From Deltaproteobacteria bacterium (GTDB taxonomy: Bacteria; Myxococcota_A; UBA9042): a DNA stretch of 64,000 nt. The notes below the pieces were generated by a model. The model saw only the letters and a program-made list of their open reading frames with translations. It searched no databases and was not told where the DNA came from. Both the position numbers and the translations under genes were made by a program. Shown here one piece after another: positions 53,501-62,857 of the stretch; the stretch's first letter is position 1, and the number at the start of each line of letters is the position of its first letter. The DNA is taken from NCBI GenBank assembly GCA_020632665.1, contig JACKFC010000005.1, forward strand, positions 7,915 to 71,914, written 5' to 3'.

Positions 53501-54482
53501 GATCCTCGCCGAGCATCTTGAAGCGCTCGCGGTACTCGGCCTTCTCCAGCGCGTCGAGCGCGGCGAAGAGCTCCGGAACGACGGTCTTGTTGGCGTAGTG
53601 GAAGCTCTTGCCGCCGGACGCGTCGGCGACCGACGCCAGCAGATCGAGGTCCAGCTTGGAGAAGATCGGGTTGCCGTCGTTGTCCTTCAGCGTGCCGGTG
53701 ACGCTGCCGTCGGCGGCGACGATCGGCACCGGATCGCCGAAGCTGCTGCCGACCCCGACGGTGAAGACGCGGATGCCCTTGGCCGCCGCCTTCTTCGCCG
53801 CCTCGACGGCGTCGCCCTCGTGCGCCTCGCCGTCGGAGAAGATGACGATCGCCTTGTGCTTGCTGCCCTTGAATTGCGGCACGAGGTTGCCCTGCAGCTT
53901 GGCCTGCTCGTTCTGCTCGCTGCCGGTCAGCACATCCGAGGCGACGGCGATGGCGCGGCCGAGGTTGGTGCCGCCAACGGGCATATCCTCGGTCCGCAGC
54001 TCGGCCAGGTAGGTGCGGATCACCTCGTGGTCCGTCGTCAGCGGGCATTGCACGAAGGGGATGCCGGCGAAGGGCACCAGGGCCACCCGGCCGCCGGCGA
54101 GGCGCTCGAGCAGGCCGGAGATCTCGAGCGAGGTGCCCTGCAGCCGGTTCGGCACGATATCGCGGACCAGCATCGACTTGCTGGCGTCGACGGCGAAGAC
54201 GATGTCGATGCCGGCGTTGCTGACTTCGGTCTCGCGTAGGCCGTAGCGCGGCCGGGTCGCCGCGCCGACCAGGAGCAGCAAGGCCACGCCGATCAGCAGC
54301 TCGCGCGCCAAGGCGCGACCCGGCGAGCGGCTCGCCACCAGGCGGTGGACGACCTTGCCGGTGCCGAGGCGGGCGAGGGCCTTGTCCGCGCGGCGCACGC
54401 GCAGCACGCCCCACGCGGTGACCGCGAGCGCCACCAGCGCCAGCCAGGCCAGCTCCGGGTTGCCGAAGGTCAACGCGTCCAT
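50550..54482 (-). CDS. batB: BatB-BatC fusion (VWA + TM + TPR) extended by four PPC-type modules and a D/K/N/Q-rich tail
   Basis: VWA MIDAS context DIVFAVDASKSM...GGTNLG...IVIFSDGE. TMs at ~335-366. TPR region ~405-575. Four modules with EPN[DE]...C.(.)DD.WY...G.Y.(V/L)RV pattern (residues ~577-1207). Tail residues 1208-1310. RBS GGAGGAGGAAG. Confidence 0.85.
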   Translation of the reverse strand: MDALTFGNPELAWLALVALAVTAWGVLRVRRADKALARLGTGKVVHRLVASRSPGRALARELLIGVALLLLVGAATRPRYGLRETEVSNAGIDIVFAVDASKSMLVRDIVPNRLQGTSLEISGLLERLAGGRVALVPFAGIPFVQCPLTTDHEVIRTYLAELRTEDMPVGGTNLGRAIAVASDVLTGSEQNEQAKLQGNLVPQFKGSKHKAIVIFSDGEAHEGDAVEAAKKAAAKGIRVFTVGVGSSFGDPVPIVAADGSVTGTLKDNDGNPIFSKLDLDLLASVADASGGKSFHYANKTVVPELFAALDALEKAEYRERFKMLGEDRYQWLLGPALLLLLIALSLSERRRAVVPVVAALLLLFAGPTARQAAAQTAEAPAAAAADAPAAGSPEDERTQAERRHDRSLLDRENPDVAEGRDLLAAGKAGEARAAFEQAQKTRPEHAILWYDLAIAQAVIGLHSEAAVAFGRCLSALDEADPELEADLHYGAGTNQLLWGQAVEKKNAAEANVNAGGGAAPDPAPTDPPPGEAASKEDPSEHYRLAVESLQKALVVAPGRAEVRKNLEIAVLLAYPPCERRDTAYEPNERPTEAKPLKLSTEERETSFDLRSCPLDRDVLSLDLQRGDRLTASIEIGSEEAPQAIDPLLGAAGGEKVLDLALLDATGMERLRGSEPGKPAVTEVQRTVIKDAERLLLDVRNVTGVEAPYKLEVKVLPACERLEDKLEPNDSIETARAVGAGQPLALRLCPRNDDHLAVGLARGEGLIVRAKHKLELGADQIEIDILDRSGRVLRSAAKRGEGMIARLANAPMDGAYIVRVRGGIDTEADVELQLEVTPPCALRDDAYEQNDAAIAGNRLDKDELRGPIEDLHLCPGDDDWYRVELAEGESLFVDLVAQIEELPDVPGLAGALTVTVYDAAGEVWGEGRGAALGADAKALNRTTAVLAPPPGTYWVRVTGGGVADPIFPLPPLPDGAREVEVDAPVAGPGGQAGGQAGGLPPPGPAQPAPPGIRATPLGPGGGQPGAAGAAPSGPSKIRKVILPEGYPMPAVDPVRAQLDLPYRLGLRVLPPCPEGNDEQEPDDKPSEAKPIEVGSERLYRVCKGDQDWIEIQQKAGQHVQVSARYDFAHGALSLKATSEDGTGELAVGQTQAPALPGKSTGKDDTPAARRGRTATTGLMVKGEKKDRVIKIQVLPAEGSENFYILRVEEPPPPSDNNQQQNNKNDDNKDDKKDDNDENKDDKQDQKDQQDEPQQDENDPKDDKDPAQQQEQEQQEALRQQMQRHDKNPRNLEAEEALRKSPFRNQRPIKDW

Positions 54483-54504
54483 CGTTGCAGCTTCCTCCTC
54501 CCGG

Positions 54505-55620
54505 CTAGGCCGGGAATCGCCCCAGCACCGTGCGGCGCAGCAGCAGGTCCAGACCGAGCAGGAGCAGCCCTGCCACCAGCCAGCCGAAGAAGAGCTCGCT
54601 GCGGCTGGTGTGTACCTTGACCTCGAAGGTCGTTCGCTCGAGATCCTCGAAGTCTTTTTCGAATTTCTGCGGATCGTAGGACGCGTAGAAGCGTCCGCCG
54701 GTCAGCTTGGCGACCTGCTGCAGCAGCTCGGGATCGGTCGGGAAGGGCCGGTCCGGCCGTTGGTAGACGACCCGGCCGAAGCGGTCGCGCAGCAGCGTTC
54801 CGCGCAGCGGGTCCATCGCCGGCAGGCGCGACTCGCGGCCGTTGCCGACCAGGAAGGTATACATCCGCACCCGCTCGCGATCCGGCAGGCTCGCGACGTA
54901 TTTCGGCACCGTCAGCGGATCGAGGCTGCCGCCTTCCTGCTTGCCGTCGGTGATCAGGATCAACATCTTGCTGCGCGATTTGCTCTTCTCCAGGCGAAGG
55001 AAGGCGCGGTTGATCGCGTCGCCGATCGCCGTGCCCGAGCCGGCGATGGTGCAGCCGTTGCGGCAGCCCTGCTCGTCCTGCGACATCCGCCGGCCGTCGT
55101 CGAGGACCAGCGCGTCGAGCGCGTTCAGCAGGCGGACATAGTCCAGCGTCGGTGGGAAGCGCAGGTAGGCCTCGCCGCCGAAGATCACGAGGCCGATGCG
55201 GTCGGCGCTGCGGCGGCGAATGAATTCCTTGAGGATCCGGCGCGCGGTGCCGAAGCGGTTCAAGGGCTCCTCGCCGCCGGCCTGGATGCGCTGGATCTCG
55301 TCTTCGGTGGCGTCGATCGCGTTCATCGAGCCCGACATATCGAGCGCGATCATGATGTCGATGCCGTCACCGGAGAGCAGCTCACGATCGACCTGCTGCG
55401 GTCGGGCCATGGCGACGATCAGCACGCAGATCGCCGCGACCCGCACCGCGTCGGGCAACCAGTGCAGGCGGGCGCGCGGCGAGCGCGGCACGGCCTTGGC
55501 GATCCGCAGCGAGGAGAATTGCAGCGTCGCCGGGCGGCTGCGCAGCCGCTGCCAGCCGAGCCAGAGCGCAGGGGCCAGCAGCAGCAGGAACCACGGGTGC
55601 TCGAAGGTGAGTCCGGTCAC
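54505..55620 (-). CDS. batA: BatA-type VWA domain membrane protein
   Basis: N-terminal FEHPWFLLLL TM. MIDAS DIMIALDMSGSM...GTAIGDA...ILITDG. C-terminal TM. GTGA overlap with the upstream gene (55617-55620). Confidence 0.9.
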   Translation of the reverse strand: MTGLTFEHPWFLLLLAPALWLGWQRLRSRPATLQFSSLRIAKAVPRSPRARLHWLPDAVRVAAICVLIVAMARPQQVDRELLSGDGIDIMIALDMSGSMNAIDATEDEIQRIQAGGEEPLNRFGTARRILKEFIRRRSADRIGLVIFGGEAYLRFPPTLDYVRLLNALDALVLDDGRRMSQDEQGCRNGCTIAGSGTAIGDAINRAFLRLEKSKSRSKMLILITDGKQEGGSLDPLTVPKYVASLPDRERVRMYTFLVGNGRESRLPAMDPLRGTLLRDRFGRVVYQRPDRPFPTDPELLQQVAKLTGGRFYASYDPQKFEKDFEDLERTTFEVKVHTSRSELFFGWLVAGLLLLGLDLLLRRTVLGRFPA

Positions 55621-57290
55621 GACGGCCTCCCCCCGAGCAGGAGCGGCAGCACCAGCGCGGTGATCGCCAGCAGGCTCATCAGCAGGGTCGGCAGCCAGGT
55701 CGGCCGCGGCGTCCGCAGTCCGTAGCGGCCGTCGATGACACGCGTCTTCGCGGCCTGGTCGCCGAAGCGGCGCAGCTCCGGCAGCTGCAGCAGGGTCACG
55801 ATCTCCAGGATCAGGCCGGCGCCGGGCAGCAGCAGGGCGGCGTTGCGCAGCAGGCGCTGGCCGGCGGTCGCCGATTGCGCCTCGCGGCTCGCTTCACGCG
55901 CGGCGCGCTCGTCGTGCAGCGCGGCGTCGGGATCGACCTCGGCCTCGGGATCCCACTCGGCGATGCGCAGGCCGAAGACCGATTTGCCCGGCGAACCCTC
56001 ACCGAGCAGGTCGCGGCCGGCCATCCAGAGCAGGAAGAGGAGGTAGGCCGCGTCGAAGAGGCCGCGCTGGCCGGTGTCGATCGCCAGCCAGGCGAGCAGG
56101 CCGGTGGCGACGCCGCCGAGCAGGGCGTCGAAGGCGAAGGCGACCACGCGCAGCTCGAGCGGCGCCATCACCTGGATGCGCAGCTTGCGTTGCCGGGCCA
56201 GCTTGGCGATCTGCTGTGCGCGCTGCCGCTCGAGCTCTTCCTGCGTCTGCATGGTCCGCTGCACGACTTGGCGGATCCAGCCGAGTTGATCGCGCAGCCG
56301 CTCGGGCGTCGCGGCTTGGCGGGCGAACTTGACCAGGTCGCCCTCGGCGGTGAAGTCCTGGAACTCGGCCAGGGTGACGCCGACCAAGCGCTTGCCGGAG
56401 AGGGCGTCGATCAGCTCGGTGCTGGTCATGTCGAGCGCCGGGATGCGGTAGCGGCCTTCGAGGTAGCCGCGCAGGATCTCGGAGAGCTCGCCGTAGATCA
56501 GCCGCGGCTCGTCGGCCTCGAGCCGCTCCGAACCAGCGAGCGCGTCGAGGCGCTCGAAGGCCAGCACATGGGGCGGGATCTGCGGTTCGGGCTCGCGCAC
56601 CCGCAAGCGGTCGCGGAGCAGCCGCAGGACCAGCATCGTCAGCACGCCGCCGAGCACGAGCATGCCGAGGATCAGCAAGCCGATCTGCAGCGGGATATTG
56701 TCCTCGACCAGCGGCATCGGCGCCGGGAGCGGAGCCAGCGTCGGCGCGACCTCGCCGGCCAACCCGCTCTCGACCTCGAGCTGCAGCGACGGGACCTTCA
56801 CCGTGCCGGATTCGCCGGCGCCGCCACCCTGCACGACGCGGTGCCACGGGATCTCGATCGGCCGGGTCCGGAGCAGTCCACTCCGCGCGACCATCGCCGG
56901 CACCCGCAGCGTCTCGACGATGACCTTGCCGTCGGGCCCCTCTTCCTCCCGGCGCTCGGAGCGGCCCGGGTCGCCGGGCAACGCCAGCAGCGGCGCCAGC
57001 GCCGGCTTGGCCGGGAAGAAGGCTCGGATATCGGGGCTGTAGCGCAACTCGACGACCAACTCGATGCGGTCGCCGAACCTCGGTTGGGCCGGCTCGACCG
57101 ACGCCTTGACCGTGACCGGGGCGGCGGCGGAATCAGCTTGCTGCTGCCCCTGCTGCTGCCCCTGCTGCTGCCCCTGCTGCTGCCCTTGCTGCCCCTGCTG
57201 CGCCGTCGCCGGGCCGGCGGCAACGACGACCACGGCGGCCACAACAATGGCGGCCACGACGGTGGCCATGCGGGCGAGACGCATCTTCAT
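55617..57290 (-). CDS. BatD-N-like/DUF4381-like membrane protein fused to a C-terminal RDD domain, with poly-Q/G tract
   Basis: MKMRLARMATVVAAIVVAAVVVVAAGPATA signal, then QQGQQGQQQGQQQGQQQGQQQ. Ig-like segment (VKASVEPAQPRFGDRIELVVELRY). TM plus DUF4381-like STELIDAL...GDLVKFAR. RDD pattern (RVVAFAFDALLG...SPGKSVFGLRI...FGDQAAKTRVID). ATGA overlap at 57287-57290. Confidence 0.8.
   Translation of the reverse strand: MKMRLARMATVVAAIVVAAVVVVAAGPATAQQGQQGQQQGQQQGQQQGQQQADSAAAPVTVKASVEPAQPRFGDRIELVVELRYSPDIRAFFPAKPALAPLLALPGDPGRSERREEEGPDGKVIVETLRVPAMVARSGLLRTRPIEIPWHRVVQGGGAGESGTVKVPSLQLEVESGLAGEVAPTLAPLPAPMPLVEDNIPLQIGLLILGMLVLGGVLTMLVLRLLRDRLRVREPEPQIPPHVLAFERLDALAGSERLEADEPRLIYGELSEILRGYLEGRYRIPALDMTSTELIDALSGKRLVGVTLAEFQDFTAEGDLVKFARQAATPERLRDQLGWIRQVVQRTMQTQEELERQRAQQIAKLARQRKLRIQVMAPLELRVVAFAFDALLGGVATGLLAWLAIDTGQRGLFDAAYLLFLLWMAGRDLLGEGSPGKSVFGLRIAEWDPEAEVDPDAALHDERAAREASREAQSATAGQRLLRNAALLLPGAGLILEIVTLLQLPELRRFGDQAAKTRVIDGRYGLRTPRPTWLPTLLMSLLAITALVLPLLLGGRPS
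57139..57203. repeat. 12-bp tandem coding repeat (CTGCTGCTGCCC)n
   Basis: About 5 units on the + strand, encoding the QQGQ tract of the minus-strand gene. Confidence 0.85.
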
Positions 57291-58165
57291 TGCCGCGCCG
57301 CCCGCCGCCGGAAATAGCCCACCAGGGCCGGGAGCCAGGGCTCCCCGACAGTCGCCTCGATCGGCTCGAGGCCATGGCGCCGCAGCAGGCGCTCGCGATC
57401 CTTGCGCTGCTTGCCGGCGAGCTGGGCGAAAGCGCGTCGCCCGCTCCGGCTCGAGGTGTCGAGCCAGAGGATCTCGCCGGATTCGGCGTCCTCCAAGGGG
57501 ACCAAGCCCAGGTCGGGCAGGTCGTCCTCGGCGTTGTCGCGGACCACGACCGGGACCACGTCGTGCCGACGCGCCGCGACGCCGAGCGGGCGGCCCCAAT
57601 CGTCGGCGAGGAAGTCCGAGAGGAAGAAGACCACGGCGCGCTTGCGCTGGATCCGCGAGAGGTAGTCGCAGGCGACGGCGATATCGGTGCCGTGGCCCTT
57701 CGGCTCGGCCTCGAGCAGCTCGAGGATCACCCGCAGCACGTGGCTGCGCCCCTTCTTCGGTGGGATGTAGCGCTCGATTCGGTCGGAGAAGAGCACCAAC
57801 CCGACCCGGTCGTTGTTCTGGATCGCCGAGAAGGCCAAGGTCGCGGCGATCTCTGCTGCCATCTCGCGCTTGGATTGCTCGACGGTGCCGAATACGCCCG
57901 AGGCCGAGAGATCGACCGCGATCAGCACCGTCAGCTCACGCTCCTCGACGAACTTCTTGACGAAGGGCTCGCCGGTACGCGCGGTGACGTTCCAGTCGAT
58001 CAGGCGGACGTCGTCGCCCGGCTGGTACTCGCGCACCGAGTCGAAGCTCATGCCCCGGCCCTTGAAGACGGCATGGTATTGCCCCGCCATCACGTCGTTG
58101 ACGAGACGCCGGGTGACCAGCTCGATCTCCTTGACCTTTTTGAGCACCTCGTCGGTGCGGGCCAT
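57287..58165 (-). CDS. DUF58 domain-containing protein
   Basis: Typical DUF58 core GQYHAVFKGRGMSFDSVREYQPGDDVRLIDWNVTAR and VWA-like LIAVDLSAS. RBS GAGGAGGAAG. Confidence 0.9.
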   Translation of the reverse strand: MARTDEVLKKVKEIELVTRRLVNDVMAGQYHAVFKGRGMSFDSVREYQPGDDVRLIDWNVTARTGEPFVKKFVEERELTVLIAVDLSASGVFGTVEQSKREMAAEIAATLAFSAIQNNDRVGLVLFSDRIERYIPPKKGRSHVLRVILELLEAEPKGHGTDIAVACDYLSRIQRKRAVVFFLSDFLADDWGRPLGVAARRHDVVPVVVRDNAEDDLPDLGLVPLEDAESGEILWLDTSSRSGRRAFAQLAGKQRKDRERLLRRHGLEPIEATVGEPWLPALVGYFRRRAARQ

Positions 58166-58213
58166 GACGCTTCCTCCTCTGCTCGGCCTGGCGGTGGGAC
58201 GAACGGACTCGGA

Positions 58214-59200
<987 letters not shown>

Positions 59201-59333
59201 GCCAACTCTCCTCTTTCGGCCCCGCTGGGGTCCCGGCCGTTCGCTCGAACCGATCAGGCGGCGAGCACATTCCACGGCCCACAAGGGCGGGGGCGGGGAA
59301 GATAAGACGACGAATCCGGTTGTCGAGTCCGAC

Positions 59334-61559
59334 TCAGCGGAAACGGCGGAAGGCGACGCCGGTGCTCTTCTGCCAGCCCGACCAGGCCACGACCCAGACG
59401 TCTGCCGTTTTCTCGTAGGCCAGCGCCGCGCGCATCGGTGGGTTCGACGCCGTCAGTGGCACGAAGAGCTCGCCGAGCTGCGCTCCGTCGTCACCGAACG
59501 AGGCATAGGCGCGCTTCCACACCACGATCCCGCCGTCGGCTTCGGCGCCGGCGCTGATGATCTGGCCGACCTTGCCGGGGTAGGTGCGCAGCGACTCGAC
59601 CGCCGGCTCGGCGATATCGAGCGCCGCCCCGAGCGCGGTGCCGTCGACGCCGATCCTTCGGACCCGCTGCTGCGGCTGCGGCAGCAGATCGATCCAGGTC
59701 GCGCTGAACAAGAAATTCGGTTGTGCCAAGAGCGTCAGCGGTGAGAGCGCGACCGGCGGCGCCTGCGGTGAACCGAGGCCGAACGCCTGCGCCGGTGCCT
59801 TGGCGCCGAGCGATCCCGTGGCCTTGTCGGTATAGGGCCGCCAGACCGGGCCGCTATCCGGGTCGAAATAGCTGATCAACACGGCGTTCTGCTGCACCGC
59901 GACGTCGCCGTCCTTGCCGCCCGCGTGGACGACGATCGGCGTCTCTTCCGCCGTCTCCATCTTGCCGTCGGCGAGCAAGCCCTTGACCCGGGTCGCCTGG
60001 ACGCCGGCCGACGGATGCGACCAGACCACCAGGAAGCGGCCGCCCTCCAGCGCCGCCAGGCGGGGCCGGCAGGTTCCGGCGCATCCGTCCGGCGCGAGCG
60101 CGATCGGCGCCGCGAGGAAGACGAGGTCCTCATCGACCAGCACGGCGTGCAGGGCATGCGGCTTGGTCGAGCCCTTGCCGTCGCGGCCTTCCCAGACCAG
60201 CAGGCCCTTGCCGCCGCTCCACACCAGCGCCACCTCGCCCAGGGCCGCAGCGGGGACGTCCGGCGTGCCGTCGTAGGCGTTGAGGTCGTCGAGGAGCGGC
60301 GGCTGCGTGGTGTCGACGGCGCCGCCGACCAGGGCCACGTCGACCCGACGCAGCCGCGCCTTGAGGATATTCTCGATCTCGCGCCAGACGATGTGGATCC
60401 GGCCCTTGCCTGGCGCACCCGGCAGCACCGAGACGCGGCTGTGGTGGACGCCGGTGGTCGGCTCTGGCGCCGCGCTCTTGGCGATCTCGATCGGCCCGTC
60501 GTCGAGCGGATCGATGCCGAAGCTGCCGTCGCGCGGCACCCGGAAGGCGACGACCATCGGCTTGAGCTTGGCGCTGCGCACCCACGCCGTGCCGCGGAAT
60601 TCGCCCTTGGTGGTCTGGTCGACGAAGACGTTGCCCTGCGCGCCGTCGTAGCTGGTGCCGGCGAGATCGGCGAACGCAGCCTTCGCGATCCCCGGCTTGC
60701 CGGGACCGACCGCGAAGGACCCGCCGGCCGTCGCGTCTGCGGGGAAGCGGATCGTCGCCTCCAGGCCACCGCCGCCGATCGCCTTGCCGCCGATCTTCAC
60801 GCCACCGGTGACGTCGGCCTGCTGCTCGGCGCTGGTCGCGCCGGCAGCGTCCGGCACGCGGGCGACGATTCCCTGTAGGTCACCGAAGCCGACGTTGACC
60901 GTGCGCGCGACCGAGGCAACGCCATCGACCTTCACCACGATCGAGGCGCTTCCCGGCCGCACGCCGACGATGCGGAGCGCGCCCTTCGAGGTCTGCCAGA
61001 GCACCGCAGCAGGCGGGGCCGCGAGGTCGATTGTCGGATCGAAGCCGAGCGCGCGCTCCTTGCCGTCGACCACCAATGCCAGCTCGGCGCCGTCGGGCAG
61101 GGCCTTGCTGCTGCCATCGCCCTGCTTGATCTCGACCAGCGCCTCGCCGTCGGCGCCGAGCTGGAGGTTGTCCGGGATGGTCAGCTTGACGGCCGACGTC
61201 TGCTCGACGTCTTCGGCCACGTCGGTGATCTGCGCGTCGGTCCCGTCGATGCCGTCGGTGATCACGTCGACGGTGGCGTCCCCGGACGCGTCGGAGCCAA
61301 CGTCCTCGACCGTCTCTTCGATCGTGTCGACCGGGGTCGCGTCGGCGGCGTCGGCGCCGCTGCCGTCGCTCGACGTATCGACGGTGAAGACCGGGATCAC
61401 CGTGTCCGAGCCGGCGTCCTTGGTCTCTTCGGTTTCGCCGCAGCCGGCGCACGTGAGCAGCAGTAGCAGCGGCAGCAGCAGCACAGCGACGACACCGGCG
61501 GGCGAAGCGGCGTGGCGGGCGCGGCGTGAGGGCACGAAGAAGACGGACGACGTCGGCAC
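59334..61559 (-). CDS. Large lipoprotein (acidic linker, Ig-like domain, beta-rich C-terminal region)
   Basis: GTG at 61557-61559 (or 61533-61535) precedes VVAVLLLPLLLLLTCAGC. D/T/S/V-rich acidic linker. Big_2-like ALRIVGVRPGSASIVVKVDGV. A long beta-rich region ends ...VAFRRFR. Confidence 0.7.
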   Translation of the reverse strand: MPTSSVFFVPSRRARHAASPAGVVAVLLLPLLLLLTCAGCGETEETKDAGSDTVIPVFTVDTSSDGSGADAADATPVDTIEETVEDVGSDASGDATVDVITDGIDGTDAQITDVAEDVEQTSAVKLTIPDNLQLGADGEALVEIKQGDGSSKALPDGAELALVVDGKERALGFDPTIDLAAPPAAVLWQTSKGALRIVGVRPGSASIVVKVDGVASVARTVNVGFGDLQGIVARVPDAAGATSAEQQADVTGGVKIGGKAIGGGGLEATIRFPADATAGGSFAVGPGKPGIAKAAFADLAGTSYDGAQGNVFVDQTTKGEFRGTAWVRSAKLKPMVVAFRVPRDGSFGIDPLDDGPIEIAKSAAPEPTTGVHHSRVSVLPGAPGKGRIHIVWREIENILKARLRRVDVALVGGAVDTTQPPLLDDLNAYDGTPDVPAAALGEVALVWSGGKGLLVWEGRDGKGSTKPHALHAVLVDEDLVFLAAPIALAPDGCAGTCRPRLAALEGGRFLVVWSHPSAGVQATRVKGLLADGKMETAEETPIVVHAGGKDGDVAVQQNAVLISYFDPDSGPVWRPYTDKATGSLGAKAPAQAFGLGSPQAPPVALSPLTLLAQPNFLFSATWIDLLPQPQQRVRRIGVDGTALGAALDIAEPAVESLRTYPGKVGQIISAGAEADGGIVVWKRAYASFGDDGAQLGELFVPLTASNPPMRAALAYEKTADVWVVAWSGWQKSTGVAFRRFR

Positions 61560-61684
61560 AGCGGGCTCCGGAGGGCGCGGTGGCGCCTGAGGTTCTCCCG
61601 CGAGGGTGCCGTGTTCTGCCGGCGGCGTCGACACGGCGCGGGGGTTCTTGCCCGAGCGGCACAGTCTCGGCAGCATTCCGCGCG

Positions 61685-62857
61685 ATGATCGACAACGAAC
61701 CGCAGAGGGCAGGGCAGCAGGCAGCGTGGCAGGCGAGCGCCGCGGCGCACCGGCAGGCGATGCTGGACTGGATCGCGGCGTGGGCGGCTGGTGCGCGCGA
61801 TCCGCAGGCCGACGCGCGACGGCGGGAGGAGCGGGCGACGGCACTCTTCGCGCTGCAGCGTCACGCGATCGCGCCGTATGCAGCCGTCTGCGCCGCCGCC
61901 GGTGCCGAAGCACGGCCTCTGCTGCCGGTCACGGCGCTGAAGCGCCATGCCTGCCAGGTCCCCTGGGCGGTCGCTGCGCCGCGCGCGATCTTCGAGACCT
62001 CCGGCACCACCGACGGCGCACCAGGCACCGTCCGCCTCGCCGATACCTCGCTCTACGACGCGGCCCTGCTCGCCGGCGTGCGGCGCCAGCTGCTCGGTGG
62101 CCAACCCGCCACGGCCTACCGCGTCCTCTCGTTGGTGCCGGAGCCGTCGCTGCGGCCGCGCTCCTCGCTCGGCCATATGGCGGCGACGGTGATGGCGGCG
62201 CTCGACGATGGGCAGGGCGGCAGCTTCCTCGGCCTCGCCGACGGCGTCGGGAGGGGCGACGGGCAGGGCAGTGCAGCTGGTCTGCGCGCCGCGGCGCTGC
62301 GCAGCGCGCTCGAACAGGCCGTGGCCGACGACGTCCCCGTGCTGCTGCTGACGACCACGATCGCCCTCGAATTGTGGCTCGACGCGAGCGCCGGCGATCC
62401 CCCGCTGCAGCTGCCGGCCGGGAGCCTGGTGATGGACACGGGCGGGCCGAAGGGGCGACGCATCGCCGTGAGCCGCGCCGCGCAGCGCCGCGCCCTGACC
62501 GAGCGCCTCGGCCTCGCCGCAGAGCGCGTGATCGCCGAGTTCGGCATGACCGAGCTCGCCAGCCAGCGCTACGAGCGGCCTGGTGGCGACCCCGACGCGC
62601 CGATCTACGACGGGCCGCCCTGGCTCTGGAGCGTCGTCCTCGACCTCGACACGATGCTCCCGGCGCCGATCGGCAGCCTCGGTGTGGTCGGCCACATCGA
62701 TCTCGCCAACCTGGAGACCGCGGCCTTCTTGCTGACCGCCGATCTCGGTCGCTTGGTGCCCGGCGCGGCGGGAGAACTGGGGTTGCAGTTGGCCGGCCGC
62801 GCGCCTGGGAGTGAAGAACGCGGGTGCTCGCTGATCGCCGAGGAGTTCTTGCCATGA
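61685..62857 (+). CDS. LuxE-like acyl-protein synthetase / adenylate-forming (ANL superfamily) enzyme
   Basis: IFETSGTTDGAPG (AMP-binding P-loop-like), DTGGPKGR, FGMTELASQ. ATG (MIDNEPQ) at 61685. The track start at 61526 is unlikely. Confidence 0.75.
   Translation: MIDNEPQRAGQQAAWQASAAAHRQAMLDWIAAWAAGARDPQADARRREERATALFALQRHAIAPYAAVCAAAGAEARPLLPVTALKRHACQVPWAVAAPRAIFETSGTTDGAPGTVRLADTSLYDAALLAGVRRQLLGGQPATAYRVLSLVPEPSLRPRSSLGHMAATVMAALDDGQGGSFLGLADGVGRGDGQGSAAGLRAAALRSALEQAVADDVPVLLLTTTIALELWLDASAGDPPLQLPAGSLVMDTGGPKGRRIAVSRAAQRRALTERLGLAAERVIAEFGMTELASQRYERPGGDPDAPIYDGPPWLWSVVLDLDTMLPAPIGSLGVVGHIDLANLETAAFLLTADLGRLVPGAAGELGLQLAGRAPGSEERGCSLIAEEFLP

Noticed and set aside
59201-59333. Sigma-54 promoter upstream of moxR (TGGAATGTGCTCGC on the minus strand)
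   Set aside because: The GG-to-GC spacing is 9 nt rather than the 10 nt of the TGGCAC-N5-TTGC consensus, and the flanking bases do not match.
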